From: Bigelowiella natans CCMP2755
Taxonomy: Eukaryota > Protista > Cercozoa
DNA length: 64,000 bases
Direction of reading: 5' to 3'
Assembly (NCBI GenBank): GCA_000320545.1
Contig: ADNK01000048.1
Span: forward strand, 124,001 to 188,000
The notes beneath the pieces were generated by a model. The model was given only the letters and a program-made list of their open reading frames with translations. It ran no database searches and was not told the origin of the DNA. The translations under genes were made by a program, and so were the position numbers. Of this stretch, positions 1 to 16,529 are shown in pieces (positions within the stretch are counted from its first letter, which is position 1; every line of letters starts with the position of its first letter).

Positions 1-570
1 TAAACTTCGTACAATCGCACAATGTTTGGATGATCCAATTGACGCAAAATATCTACCTGGGAATAACGAGAGAGTCTGACATCATATAAAACATTGTATG
101 GGACATTCAAACCTCATTTCTCAGTTCTTCCAACTGCGCCGGATCAAGCTTATGTTTGTTAATACTTTTGATTGCAAATCTAAGTGAGCGAATCTAATTA
201 GCCTTGCGATTTCATCGATCTCCTTAACAATTTTTGCGGGAATGCACAATTGACGACATCTTCATCTAACCTTTGCTTTGTCTTTCTATGCGTCACTACG
301 TGAACCTAAAAGATACACAATTTAAGAATTTAAGGCGGTCCAAACTAATATCAGGGGATCAGGGGATGGCTCACCGATCCAGTCATACCAGCTCCCAAAA
401 GATTCCCACGAGAATATATATGCCACACTCCAGCACTTTTGTATGATTTAAGCATCTGATCAATAAGAATTACAATTTAACAAAGTGAATCGTCCTTTAA
501 TTCATACAAGTAAGAAATTGTATCTGTCATTGATGCCAACTTTCCTTAACCTGTTCATGAATCCCGCCAT
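1..570 (-). CDS. Ser/Thr protein kinase, CAMK/CDPK-like (5' part; continues beyond window edge)
   Basis: Exons 570-508, 455-375, 305-271, 179-113 and 56-1 join at GT-AG junctions in frame: MAGFMNRLRKVGINDRYNFLL|MLKSYKSAGVWHIYSRGNLLGAGMTGS|VHVVTHRKTKQR|FAIKSINKHKLDPAQLEELRNE|VDILRQLDHPNIVRLYEV. This contains the Gly loop, AIK lysine, helix-C Glu and HPNIV motif. Confidence 0.92.
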
Positions 571-1492
571 TACTATCCAAGCGATTTTTCCTCTTTGGAG
601 ATTTTTCTTGATGAACTTAAGTTACATTTAACATCGTGTAATATATCATACGGTGATGTGCATTCTCCATTATTTCTGCATGCAAATTTAATCTTGTCAT
701 CATGTCAACATGCAACATGATGCACACCACGCATTCGATTTTCGAATGCTTGGAGAGTTCGCTAACCCGGTTCATCTTCTGACATGCACAATCCCATTAT
801 TTTAAATTGAACGAGAGGTAGAGATCAGTGAGATCAATCAGTTTGGGCAACGAATCGGGGGAGCAAGGACAAAAAAGCAAAGAAGCACAATCCTGCGATG
901 CTCCTTTTCTGCTAATTTAGCGCTTTGGGATCACAACGGAGCGACAACCACCGAAGATGTCGCTACATGTAAATGTCCTTTGTTTGCCTTACAAAAAACC
1001 ATTATATCGTAAGACATAAATTTATCGTATAAATACCCAAGGTAGAACTTTATAATGAAATGCTTCGAATTGATTCTCTGTCTCTTTTCTCCCATGCAAC
1101 ATGAATATCGGCACAAAAAATATCGATATTCTCAGCTTAAATTTCATGATTTTCCAGACCGTACTTTATTTTTAAGAAATATAAAGAGATTCATTCCCTG
1201 CGACAATTCTTTCTCCCAATCTTCAGGGGGTTACGGTGTAATCGCGCAATCGTTAATCTCAGACCATAGAAATACATGTTGGATCCTAGAACTCGCCTCG
1301 AATTATATATTTACGCACTTTTTTGTATGTCGTCATAAGATATAGGACGCTAACAAAGCATATTGCCAATATTTTTTCAATTAATATTATTCTGAACAGA
1401 TCCACGTGGAGGAGTGAAGGCACCAGTAATATACCTCCGTGTCAGGCTGAGTGAGAACTGGCATCTGCTATACATGGAAGCTTAGTGGAATC

Positions 1493-3935
1493 ATGGAGAT
1501 TCTAAACGACGACGCGGTGTTCAATGAAGGGACAGAGGAGAAGAAACCTCCTATGAGCAAAAGGCTCCTGGCGGAGAAGAATGTTGACGAAAAAGCCGGC
1601 GCAGAAGGTATTTACACTACTTTTTACACGACTTTTAGGATTTCAGCGGGCCTAGATCATGGTCCGGCGTCTCATGCGGAATATGTGCTATGCAATTAGA
1701 TTACTTATACTTGCGCCGGAGTGGGATTGACAATCCAGAGGAGTTTATGAGAGCACGGAGAGAAGAAGGTACCCAGCACACTCTTTTCCAGATCGTGTCC
1801 TGATCCTTATGAATATCAGCAAAGCCTCTCCGCGATCGATATTACTGCTTCAAACCGCTTGAGGCAATACCTATCTACGAGGAAGAGAGCGATGAAAAGG
1901 CGGCAAATAATCATCTTATAAACGCGGTTTTTGAACAAATCGATCCCGAGAAAGTCGACACTCTGAGAAGGTGGGAGACCCCTTCCGAAGAAGAAAAGAG
2001 ATTCATGGACTCTGGAAAAGATTTTGATCCAACCAAGAGCGTACTTGGAGTGTACAATAAGGTGATTACCACCTAAACGCAGTTATTATCCTTTTAATAC
2101 GGCCCATTGTTTACAGGCGGCGGGTGATCTTATGGGGCCCGATTTTGCTCTCCCCTATTACATACCATATTCTGTACCTTTGGAGGAACAAGAGCTATTT
2201 CTACCGGGAATCGACGACATCATTGTAATTGAGCATCCTCGAAACTGGATATACTACCATCGTAAATGAATCCTGTACTATGCGTTGAAATGACTCTCCT
2301 CGTCTTATTGTACCCAGGACGATTACAAGGCCTGGCAGAAGATGGAGGATCTTACGAAAGGAGAAGAAACAATGTCTAAAAAGCTGTTTGGTGGGGAGAT
2401 AGAAGATGACGTGGAAGAATATTCCGTCTCGGTAGGAGCCAGTTCAATTTTTACTTTACGCCATTGTAGCAACGCTGCTTGTTTTTCAGGCTACGGATGG
2501 GAAAACAACGTCGAGATTCACAACATCTGGACCGACTGGGAGAGACACGACACCCTTCTTCCAAATTTGTTTTGTGCGCGTCGGGGTTGCGTTCGGATCC
2601 GGTACCTCTTCCTCACAACATCAAGCACCGAAGTTGGGCTAATAGGATTTTCTCTTCTTCTTCTTCCTTTTCTAGGCTTCGGGTTTGGGGGATTAATCGG
2701 GGCCGCTGCAGTCTACCAATCTGGGGAAAATCTGTCCGCCTCTCTTCGAAGAACGTAATAAGCGTCGGTTGGAGAATGAAAGATGCGAAAGATCGCCACG
2801 AATATGTTCATAAAGTTCATCTCGCCAGAGGATTGTGTCTGGTGGCAGAAACTCTGATATCAATCTCGGAATAATTAAAACAAATAAATTCTGAGATTGG
2901 CCATGCTCGTTTCGCCACTGCCCTCTTGGGTGCGCCCGTTGTTACGAACTTACTATAATGTTGGTTGTTCTTCTACAGGCAAATGTTCAACTCCTTTCTT
3001 TCTCAAGGAACGAGATGGGGGAATTCCTTCGGAGTTCTAGGTTTGGTTCAGCTAACCTACTCATTGAGTCACACCTCCTCCACATTGATAGTAGAAGTAA
3101 ATAGAGTAATTATAATACTGTTGGTGCGTCTTCAGCCTTCCTGTATACTGGATACTACGTGGCCATTAGAGACTATGTGTACGCCCAAGAATACTTCAAG
3201 GTGTTGTATGTAGTTGTCCTTCTGGCATCGTCACGTTGTTTCATCTATCTCTCCTCGCGCAGTAGCCTTGCATCTCAAAATGAAGATTTATGATGTAATC
3301 TTGAATTGCTGCCGGGTCTCTGCCATATGGCTCCGACGAGAGACATCGCCAAAATTAGAAACTTACATCAGTCTCGTTTTTCGTGGGTGACCATCGTCCA
3401 ATCTTAATTCTACAAATCTCCACGTTGTTTCTAGGGAGATTCGAGAGAGATGGATAAAGAATGGTTCCTCATCAACTCCTCGGCTGGTGCGCTTACTGGC
3501 CTGACCTACAAACTCAACTGTAAGCAGGGAAAAGAAGACTTCTCCCATTCTCCCCTTTGCATCGCCGTCCTCGACTTTGTCTGAATCTAGTCTTTTCTCC
3601 CTCTTCTCAGTACGGAAGAGAAGGGCTATGCTTCTATCTGCGGCACTCGGTAGTAGCGATAGAATAATTGAACCTTCTTTGCTAGTTGTTTGTTTTACAC
3701 TTTAATTCTCCACTAGAGGTAACTCATGTGCCGTATTCCAGGTGCCGTCTCCTGTGCCATGGTAACGCAACCGTTCCGCTTTCCAAGTTTCGATAGATTT
3801 GCGGACTGGATGGGCTCCAAATTCTACAGCTTTAGACGAAAGGATAAATTCTATGCGCCTATTGGATTGGATAGCGATGAGGATGATGAAAAGATCATGG
3901 AGAGGGCACGAGCAAGGGCTAAAGGATCTGCCTAG
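1493..3935 (+). CDS. TIM23: Tim17/Tim22/Tim23-family mitochondrial translocase subunit (Tim23-like) with long acidic N-terminus, about 12 exons
   Basis: Spliced C-terminal half: VGVAFGSGFGFGGLIGAAAV...LRRTQMFNSFLSQGTRWGNSFGVLAFLYTGY...INSSAGALTGLTYK...AMLLSAALGAVSCAMV. These are four Gly-rich TM segments including the GN-x-FGVL and AGALTG motifs of the family. All junctions are GT-AG and in phase. Confidence 0.8.
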
Positions 3936-4661
3936 AAAAAGCAACAAATCATGTCATTGTTACACTGAGCTGATGTTCGATCTGCAATCGTCATGGTTGA
4001 TAAAGGAACCAAATTTGGATTCAACAATAGTACTGCAATTCATGCTGATGTACGATATACAGCGAACGATCGTGCACGTTTCTGCCTGCAGCACACAAGC
4101 CATCAACATGTGGCTGGTCCATGCAACAGCGAATTGAAACAAAAAAGCCATCGCAAGAATTTGCATTGGTTGTCGCAAAACATGCTGGGCGCACATGCAT
4201 GTATATATTTGAAGCGAGCAGCATGGGCGCATACTAGCACATATCACAACATGCATTGAAGTGCACAACGACCCGTTCATAAAGTTGTAGTGGCTTATTA
4301 TGTATTCCGTCACGGTCGTGCCGAGCACGCACAGTGTTGCAACATGGTGTAATACATGTGCTCTCTACGATCGATCGTCTTGCTAGCTCGATCCATGTGA
4401 CAATGCAGATTGCCGAATGTCTAGCTGCGCGCAGCTGACAGCTGACTCCAGCAAGGATTCTAATTGTTGCTTTTATGTTCGGACTATGACGATATGTAAC
4501 CAAGGCCATATAGATTCGTTCTCTGCTAGGCGTCATGTACATGTCTGAGGCTATGGGCGTTGTCTGATGATCCAAAGCATTTAAACACATAGAACACGTT
4601 GACTCTCATGCAATCATTCGCTTCTATTACGTCTAATGCAATCCATCACTCTTGAAGCGAG

Positions 4662-5776
4662 CTAAGCCACGGTTCCTCTGTGATTATGGCTGCTGCTCTC
4701 TTCCTCTTCCTGTATCGGATCGAAGGAAAGCTGGGAGCTTACACCACTGAGGGCTCTATTTATTCTACGACGACGCTTGTCCATCGAGACGATTCTCCTA
4801 GTTTGATTCTTCGGGCTATTCGTGCCTATAGAATGCGATTCCTTTCCCTGTGGAGGCGGTGCCATCGACGACTTCTTATCGTCATCGAGTTCATGAACTA
4901 ATGAAACCATAGAGGATCGCGAGGCGTTCGGCAACTTCGGCAACTGGCTCCAGACACTTCGACTGTTCAATGGTTGTACATAAACATATTTTATGCGCTT
5001 TCCGAGGAGGATAAATTGAGCTAATGTAAGCAAGGATGAACACCACTATCATCATCACCATCACCACTCCTCCCGACTACGCGAACTTACGTGAGACGAG
5101 TTTGCTCTTTAAATAAATTCCCTGTCGCTTCCTTGAATTGCTGGACCTGCGAGGTGAAGGGAAAGAAAAGAGAACGGGGGGGGGTAGGGGAGACGCGAGA
5201 GTGAGCCTTATTTGTTAAAAACATAGGAAGAATCTAGCTCTGAAGCGGATTGACTGTGAAAAATGGAAAGTAAACTGCGAAATTTTTTACCAGTTGACTC
5301 ATTCCCTTGGCCTTGATCGCATGTCTGTGGTACGAAAAAGAATAGTATGGGCGATGAGTCGAGTCATTTATACGGAGGAGGCATGGACAGAGGGGAGGGA
5401 GCATAGATGATGATCTTTTCATCAGATTAGTTTATGAATTGAAAGTTGAAACTCGCCACAGCATCGTTCTATTAAGATACTCCTGGGCGCCAAATGACAC
5501 TTGATGTTTTCGTTTTCATCATCCGCATTCTTCGGACAACATTCAGATTTCTTTCTTCTTTCTCTTCTTCTTATTCTTCTTCTCCTCCTCTACGTCGCAA
5601 CAACAAACAACTTATACAGTACCTCAATTTCATCCATCCTATCTGACGGACGAGACTAGACCTAAATATATTTTATCACACAAACGAAAATAATGCTGAG
5701 ACTCCCGGACTCTAAGGCATAACAGGCGAGCAAGTACATTGAAACACATTCACATACGGATGATTTTAAAGGGGCG

Positions 5777-5846
<70 letters not shown>

Positions 5847-6817
5847 TGTGTGTGTAATATAATAACTAATATCATAATCGTGCATGAGGTCTCTCTCATT
5901 CGTACCTCAGCCATACAAACAGCTTGTTTTCAGCAAGCTTCTGTACAGTAAGCACCCAGTCCAACAGCACTCCCTCTACTCAATCAGACAACATCCATGT
6001 GATGAGGCCAAATGGGGTTATTCACGCATAATTAACATGATATTGGGTCAAACGAGGATAGAGTAAGGTCATCATTTTGCATGCTGCAGGAGAAACACTA
6101 GGAATAACACTACCGAAGGTATCCTGTGATAGAAATGTTTCAGAAAGCATCATGATCATTAATAATCCCAAAAAATCTTGCAGATATATCCCCCCCCCCC
6201 TTCTTCTATGGCTAGATGGGTTATTCAACTCAACACAACCTGGAAAAGTGAGGTCCACGGTCCGGTAGCTGAGGACGATGCTGCAGCACAGCCATGGCGG
6301 GTACCTTCCCAGAAATCCGGTGTCGGCGGTGGACATCTGCTGGAATCGACGCGACTTCGGCCCTACCAGGAAGCCAATAACTTTGTCCAATTCCACCGAT
6401 GTTTCCCCGAGCCCCCAGCGTTTCTTCCAGCATATGCGCTTCTTATCCTGGGAGAGGTAGATCCATCGTTCGACGCTGGATCTTTGCATGTAGTGGTGCT
6501 TCGTAACCCTCATTCCGTTCATGATATGGTTCATGAAGGTCGATGGGGTGCGAAACACTCTTGCCGATGTATTGCGGCGAGTCTCGATCCAATACTTCCG
6601 ACCTTTTGCATAACTATTCTTTATGCGGCTTTTGTTGGAGATGGTGAAACTTATCTGGCTCTGCGAACGCTGAACAAGCTCCGCTCGTAGGCTCTTGGTT
6701 TTCTGTTCCATAAATGTGTCAGTCTTTGAGCGAGTCGGCTTTGGTCTGGTTGTGCTACTGCTACTGCCAGTACTGCTCCTGGGCGTGGTTGTAGTTGGCG
6801 ATGGGTTGGTGGTCACC

Positions 6818-6856
<39 letters not shown>

Positions 6857-8061
6857 ACACTTTGGGATGGTTCTGAATCAACAGTCGAGTCCATGTTGTC
6901 ACCTGACGCTGACGACGACAACTGCCTAGGAAAGGAGTATCTAGGCAAATGTTTCGATCTTCCTGTGCGAGGAGAGGGTGTCTGTCGAGGACCAAAACTA
7001 GGTCTCCTCTTCACTATCTTGGAAGTGCTACGAACTGCAGCTCCTCGTCCCCCTCCCCCTCCTGCTACTGATTTGTTAGTACTTTCGTCTATCGCGACTG
7101 TGTCTGCGGGGCTCTTCTCCTTTTTGTCAGCATCATCCTCACGCAAGCCTCTGCTCCTTAATCTTTTGGCCTGAGTCGTGCTCCTAGTTGCGCTCCGAGG
7201 CGATATCGACTCCCTGCTACTTGTGCCAGTTTGGTATTTGTTCTTGGCTATGGTCCCATTGTTTTGCTTCGATGTTATTTCCTGGTTACGCTGATCTAGA
7301 TCATCTAAATCCAAATCTCTCCGTGTGCTATAGTGTCGTGACTCTGTGAGAATATCCGAATCAAACTCACCGTTGTCGCTCAATTCATAAAAATCTGGTC
7401 GAGGATTTGATTGACGCATTTTTATTCTTTGGCTACCCTTCCTTTCTTTTCCCTCATCTATTTTATTTCCACTCGCTAGTTGAACCAACATGGCTCGATC
7501 ATAATTACTACTACTAGAGCTTGTGTTCTCCGTTTTTTGGCTCTCGGCTGGTGAAGTCTTACGAGGAATTTGTCTCAGCTCCCGCTTACTAGCTTCAGTC
7601 CGAGAAGATGGCTGCTGCCTCTTCTGGGGATTTTCGCGTTTATTGCCCCTTCTTGATTTTGGGCTAGAATGTATGTGGTCCAATGAGCTAGATTTACATT
7701 TTTGTGATGTGGTCATAGTAGGTGCTTGGGTGCCTGGGCTCACAGCCTTCTCTTTTTGCCCTCTTTTAGGCCTTCTACAACCACGTTTTGGTTTCTTCCT
7801 AATCTTTTTCTTGTGTTTCACCACCCTAGACTTGGATTTCTTCAGCGTAAAGGTCAAAGAATCTGAAGAAGCTGCTTTCCGAATTAGGGGTGATGTCCCA
7901 GATGATGAAGAGGATGAATTATTGCTACCATTGCTAGTAGGCGTTCCTGCACCATTAGAATTACGAACCAATTCAAACATACCACTGGATGACATAATCT
8001 GTTTGTCAATTCGTGCGTTCGAAACGCAAAAGCCATTTTTCTGCCGGGACCGCTCCATCAT
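4662..8061 (-). CDS. PH-domain protein (PLC/Num1-type PH) with long S/K/R-rich disordered N-terminus
   Basis: Large first exon (8061 to about 6240) ends in GMRVTKHH...IYLSQDKKRICWKK...VELDKVIGFLVGPKSRRF...CCSIVLSYRTVDLTFP. It splices to EGVLLDWVLTVQKLA (PH C-terminal helix with Trp), then small exons near 5660, 5320 and 5140, and a last exon ending at 4662. The supplied 679-aa ORF reads on into intron 1. Confidence 0.75.
6821..6856. repeat. Coding (GCT)12 microsatellite encoding poly-Ala on the minus strand
   Basis: Perfect trinucleotide run inside exon 1 of the PH gene. Confidence 0.9.
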
Positions 8062-8925
8062 TCTCCGACTCCTTCACCACCGTTCGATCAGCAATGGGAC
8101 ACGTTGAAGTCCATTCGCAATTTATTGATCAATAACATAATTTTTGCAGGTCTACGCAAACCTGGGCGACTGCTTCATCAAGCTCTACTTTAGCTTCATG
8201 TAAAAAATGTTTGCTGTTGGGTTCGACCCCCATTCCCTTAACTTTACGTACCCTATCAACAACATGTCATTTTAATTCCGCGACAACACTTTTCGGCACA
8301 TCACATGCAAAAATCAGAGAAGGTCAAGATTTCACCATTAATGCAGGAGCTACAACCGTGTGGAGGTGAGAAAATTACCATTTTTTAATGAAACGCTCGG
8401 TTACAAGGCGCTACAGGAAAAACTGTAGAATTCGGATTTTGCTGCCCTCAGATCGGATAATTTTCTGAAAGATGCACCGTGGTAACCTTTTTCCTACCAA
8501 AATGGCATGCTTGTTTATCCAACATGTCGATGGAAATGGTGCATCTTTTTTTTGGCGATTTCACTTAAATCCGCAAGACATTCGTAACCTCTGCAACCAA
8601 GGAACCAAAGTAAATATTCAGCACAATTTCTCAAATACAAATTTAATACAAGAATAAATTTTGGATATTGACCATATAATGGAATCAAATGATATATTTT
8701 ATCGTGTATTTCTACTGAATGAAAATAGTTTTCGCTACACACCCTTTTGAATAATTTACCATTAGATACTCCACGCCTGCATAATTCCTACGACAAAAGG
8801 GAAATATGATTTATTTGTTGCATATTGAAGATGTCGCATATCATGAATGTATAAGATTTCTATATTTATATTAGGCGTTTGTTGCAGTTTGGGATCTGAA
8901 AGTTTAAATGGCGTGTGATTCGCCC

Positions 8926-10796
8926 ATGGCGCTCCTACGCGGCGCATCCCTCCTGCTCCTTCTGCTTGGGCAGACAGGAGTCTATGGCCTCACAAACCGT
9001 CAGAAAGAAGAAAAAGCATTATCTTCCTCCTTTGACAAAGGCCTAAATGTTTCTAACGTGGAAAGTTTGGCTACAAATGCTGATTTGGGCAAGACAGAAG
9101 AATTTAGCGTCGTTGCAGGCCAAGAAGACATGGAGATGGATGACAAATCCAAAGAATCCAACAATTCTAATGTTCATATGACATATGGCCTTCTTGGGTT
9201 CATTTCGTTTGGATTCATCGCTCTGGTGTCCCGCCAGGCCGTTCTCAACGCTGAGGTTGAAGAAGATAAAGATGGTGAGTACACAGACGCTGGCCTCAAT
9301 GGTGGAAATCCCAAGCACGCCAACAATGACGTTCCCATTGTTGAGGCAGAGCCGGTAAAATTCAATTGGATGTCTTATAATCTTACAGCATTTAGTAAAC
9401 AATTTTAAATGACGTACCCCCTGAATTAGGTACCACACCCTTCGACCAAGCTCATTGCTTTCTTTGGCCTGGTGCTCGTCCAAGGCGCTCATGTTCTATT
9501 CTTCCGCCTGTCTCAAATTGGAGGAAGATGTAATCTTTTCTAAAATTATCCTCCACATTTCCAACCATATCTTTGTCTCCCGCTAGACGGACTCATGTTC
9601 ATGATTTGTTGTACCAACAGACCACTACAACACTGCTAGTGCAATCGCAGTCACTGAAGCAATTAAATTCGTCATGTCGGCGGGTTTGTACTACTGGGGT
9701 TCAGAACGTATGCTTCCTTCCCTGAAAGTTATTCTGTCTTACACAATCTGTGCAATGGCTTACGCCATCAACAACCAGCTGGCAATGTATCTGTTGACTT
9801 CAATGTCGACTGGAGTGTTCCAGATGGGAAAGTCCGCTGCTCCTATACTCACCGCCTTGACGATGTGGATCTTTTATGAAGATGAGAAGTTTAATAAGTT
9901 GCAAGGTGTCTGCTTCATCGTCCTCACACTGGGACTGGTTACCCTATTTGGAGCTCAGGTAAATGCTGCATGATTTCTTAACTAAATAGTAATACGGATG
10001 TGTAACATTCCTTTCTTTTTTGTTTTAACTAGAACTCCGGATCAATGGCGGTTCAAGATTTACCCCTTGCATGGCTCATTATATCTGTCTCTGTTACGGC
10101 AGTCACATCCGTGTACAATGCAAGAGTTCTTCAGCGCGGAGCATGCTCTATGCACATGCAAAATATGTGCTTGTATTCCCAGGGCTTTGTCTTCAACCTA
10201 ATCATGTACTTTACTGGTATCAATGCAACTGGCAACAGCAGCGGGTAATTAATATCTCATACTCATTTTCCAGCGAATGTCCATCTAATTACATTAATAC
10301 CCCCTAATTAAACAGCTTCTTCGACGGATACAGCAACGTTTTTGTCTTATTCGTCCTTTTGAGCCAAAGTTTCATGGGACTTGCGATCTCTGCTGTTTAT
10401 AAGTATGGCGATGCCATCATCAAGTGTCTGGCAGCATCTCTCCAGGCTTGCGTCTTGCTTGTTCTCGATGTAATGTTGTTCAAGTACCATTTCTCTCTTG
10501 CTGCAATGACTGGAGCCGGTGTTGTTATTGCGACCACCTACATCTACTTCGCAGTGGTAATACTGATATTCTGAACAGCATGAATGTTCTACTATTCTCC
10601 CATTTTTAACGTGATACTCACTATTTTCTGTCTACTACAGGCTCTTCCAATGTTGAAACAGGAACAAGAGGAGGCCATGTTGAAGCCTCCCGAGGGTCAG
10701 TCAATGTGCACAAAGGCTATGAGAGCAGCTACTGGAGTAACATTTGGTGCTGCGCTGGCTGGAACAGCAGCATATGTGGCTACTTTTTATGTATAA
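8926..10796 (+). CDS. Nucleotide-sugar transporter, SLC35A (UDP-Gal/CMP-Sia type)
   Basis: Six exons: LVQGAHVLFFRLSQ...YNTASAIAVTEAIKFVMS...AMAYAINNQL...GVFQMGKSAAPILTAL...FNKLQGVCFIVLTLG...TSVYNARVLQ...HMQNMCLYSQG...GLAISAVYKYGDAIIK. The TE-x-x-K, YA-x-x-NN and KY-x-D-x-I-x-K motifs are typical of SLC35A. Confidence 0.9.
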
Positions 10797-12080
10797 AATG
10801 AATGAAAGAAAAATCTGATACCTTTAGTTTTGGCTCCGGTGCATCATCCACCGAGGTTGCATGCTAGCTCTGCGTAAACGACACGACAATGCTATTGCAA
10901 AGGCGCGGGAGCGAGAGATGCAACATATGTAGGATGATGCCGGCAGCCACCACTAGCTAGTCTACTAGATCAATTATTTATATGAGACGCAACAAATGTT
11001 GCGCGCACATATAGCATGAATATGTTGCAAAGCTGCGGCTGCAACGCTTATTAAATTGTATTTGTTTGTTTCCGTATGGCTGTATGCTGCATACAATTCG
11101 GATTTTGGCGGTGGGAAAAAATGCCAGTAGAGACAACTTGTTTATTCGCTAAACTTTCATCGAGGCTCATCTATATCTAGTATATAACTGGGCGCATCCA
11201 GGCGGTTAAGTAGAATCGTATATAGAATCGCCAGCAATTTATTAATGTCACGGCGCGTGCGTGCATGTCATATAAAATGTTTGCAGAAGTGCACATTATG
11301 CGTGAGTGTAGGTGCGCAACAGCCTTTGCAGCCAGAATCGAAGATGCTCGCAAGCACGTGACTGATATGCGATGAATAGCCCCCACTACGACTCTTCAAT
11401 TCAAGAAGCTGATCGAACGAGCTAGTGGCGTCGAATAGCAGCAACAAGACGGCTTCTCGCGTGTGCAGCCTGCATCGCGGAGAAGTCCATGCATCGCAGT
11501 GTCGTAGGCAAGCACACTATACAATGCTCGCATTGCTGTCGTGACGAACTCAGCACCTTCTAATAGCAATGCAATGCCGCCACAACCACTTTATTTGACT
11601 CATCTCAGTTCATGACGATTTCCAAATATTTTCTGAGTCTTTCCCTAAAGATAAAAAATCTACAAACTAGCTAAGTTGATCCTGAAGTAGGCCACCCCAT
11701 TGCATGACAACACTACATCTAGCTGCAAATGCAAATGTAGCTGTACAGCGTTTGCAGCATGTGTTGTGTATAGCAGCCACTGAGCCAACATTACAGCCAT
11801 GCGACATGCATTCTATAAATCCACGTACTTGTCATTTTGCGAGCTATATGTCCCGCGGTTTATATTGTATATGTATGTGTGATCACACAGTAACTAGCGC
11901 GGGGACCACCACATTCATCAAAAGGAAGTCTCCAAGTCTGCGGCTACATGTTCCATTTATAAGTCGTGACACGAAGCAACCCACTTTCCAGACTAGTAAT
12001 GTTTCATGATCGGATCTTGTATTATTTTTAAGCAAGTTCTCAAATTTTATGAAAGTACTTGTGAAGCCATTTGCTAACCA

Positions 12081-15073
<2,993 letters not shown>

Positions 15074-15442
15074 GATAAGCTAATCTCGGTTGGCAATAGG
15101 CCTACACCTGGGCAGAAAAATATCGGATAGATTTCGACATAAATCAGTGCAGAATTATGCGGCCAAATTTGTTGAAATAGCATGCCGTTGTTGACCTGCG
15201 ACTAGAAATCTTCGGGATTTTATTTGTGCGACTTCTCAGCATCTCCTTCAAACGCGCCTTCCTTCTCTAGATCTGAAACCGACAGTAACTCATGATGATG
15301 AACCGTTAGGGGGGGACGTGGGGAGGACGAGAGAGGACAATGGCCAAGAAATTTGAATTTTCTGAAATCGTAGGAGCCTAAGATATCATATCTCTCGTAT
15401 AGGATACGATAACATAGATACGGGACTGAGCAGTAGTCAAAG
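15074..15442. promoter_or_regulatory. Putative bidirectional promoter, WDR55/CSPP1-like
   Basis: Only about 370 bp between divergent start codons. Inferred from geometry only. Confidence 0.55.
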
Positions 15443-16498
15443 ATGATTACCCCAAAAGTTGGCGGTGGGAGGAGGGGGACGCTGGGAGAAAGGTGGAAAT
15501 CCATAAATACGCGCACTCGCGCTCTTCTGTACACACGAATACGCAACAAATATTTACACACACACACACACGCACACACACAATATCATGCACACACAAA
15601 TTCACACGCGCCGCGCGGCACAGCCATGCACGCGACACACCATAAAGCAACGAAAACGTACACATTTCGAAACACAAAGGAATTACATTGAGATAGACGC
15701 AACACAAGCATAACAACATACTAATATAGAAATGTCGCGTGCGATTGTATTCTTATTAGGGTTCGGCAAAGGCAGTTGGCGACCAAACGAGAGGCAGAAA
15801 GGGTCTTGGCAGAACGGGCACATCAAAAGGTCATAGTAGCTCCAGATTGTTTTCTCGGACAACTTGTTCTCATTCAAATATCCCACTGAATACAGCGACA
15901 GGAGCAGTTAAGAGAGCGGGAAGAGGTGATAAGGCACTACCAGAACTACAACGCGCCGACTACCGATGATCCGTTGGAGGTGAATCTCATCATTACCAAT
16001 TAATTTCCCCATGAGAACTCGGATGTGATAATTTTCTCTCGATAGGATGACCATTTAGATAATTTACAGAGGCTTGTTGCTGCCAACAAGGTACAAAGTT
16101 TGCATCGAAAGGGAAAAAACGTTGATCTCCTTGCGGATCACATGCTCATATGCTCGTTCTAAGATGCCTTGAGAGATGCAAATCAATATTCAGGCGATGC
16201 TACAGCAGGAAGGCTACGAGAGGCATGAAGAAGAGAGGGCAAGGTTATTCTTCTTGTGTTTATTCGATTCGTCGCTGAGTGAATCATCGAAAGTAGAAAT
16301 CCTATCTTTTTATAACACATTTTCACATTCATCGAATCATGCAGAATCCCGGCTCGGAAGAGAAACATTGCCGGCCGCGTCGGTGAGATATAAGTGCCTA
16401 GAATGAAATCATGAGGGGAATATAAAGTATATGTTCGGTGGAAAAAAAAAAAATAATAATAATGCATCTTTATATATTATATATATATACATATAATA

Positions 16499-16529
<31 letters not shown>

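Noticed and set aside
6105-6130. Heptapeptide SQDTFGS shared by the 679-aa ORF and the CSPP1-like ORF (25621)
   Set aside because: Codons differ and the first copy lies in a predicted intron, so this is coincidence.
6695-8107. Long plus-strand ORFs (159 and 194 aa) overlapping the PH gene
   Set aside because: Antisense shadows of a low-complexity coding exon.
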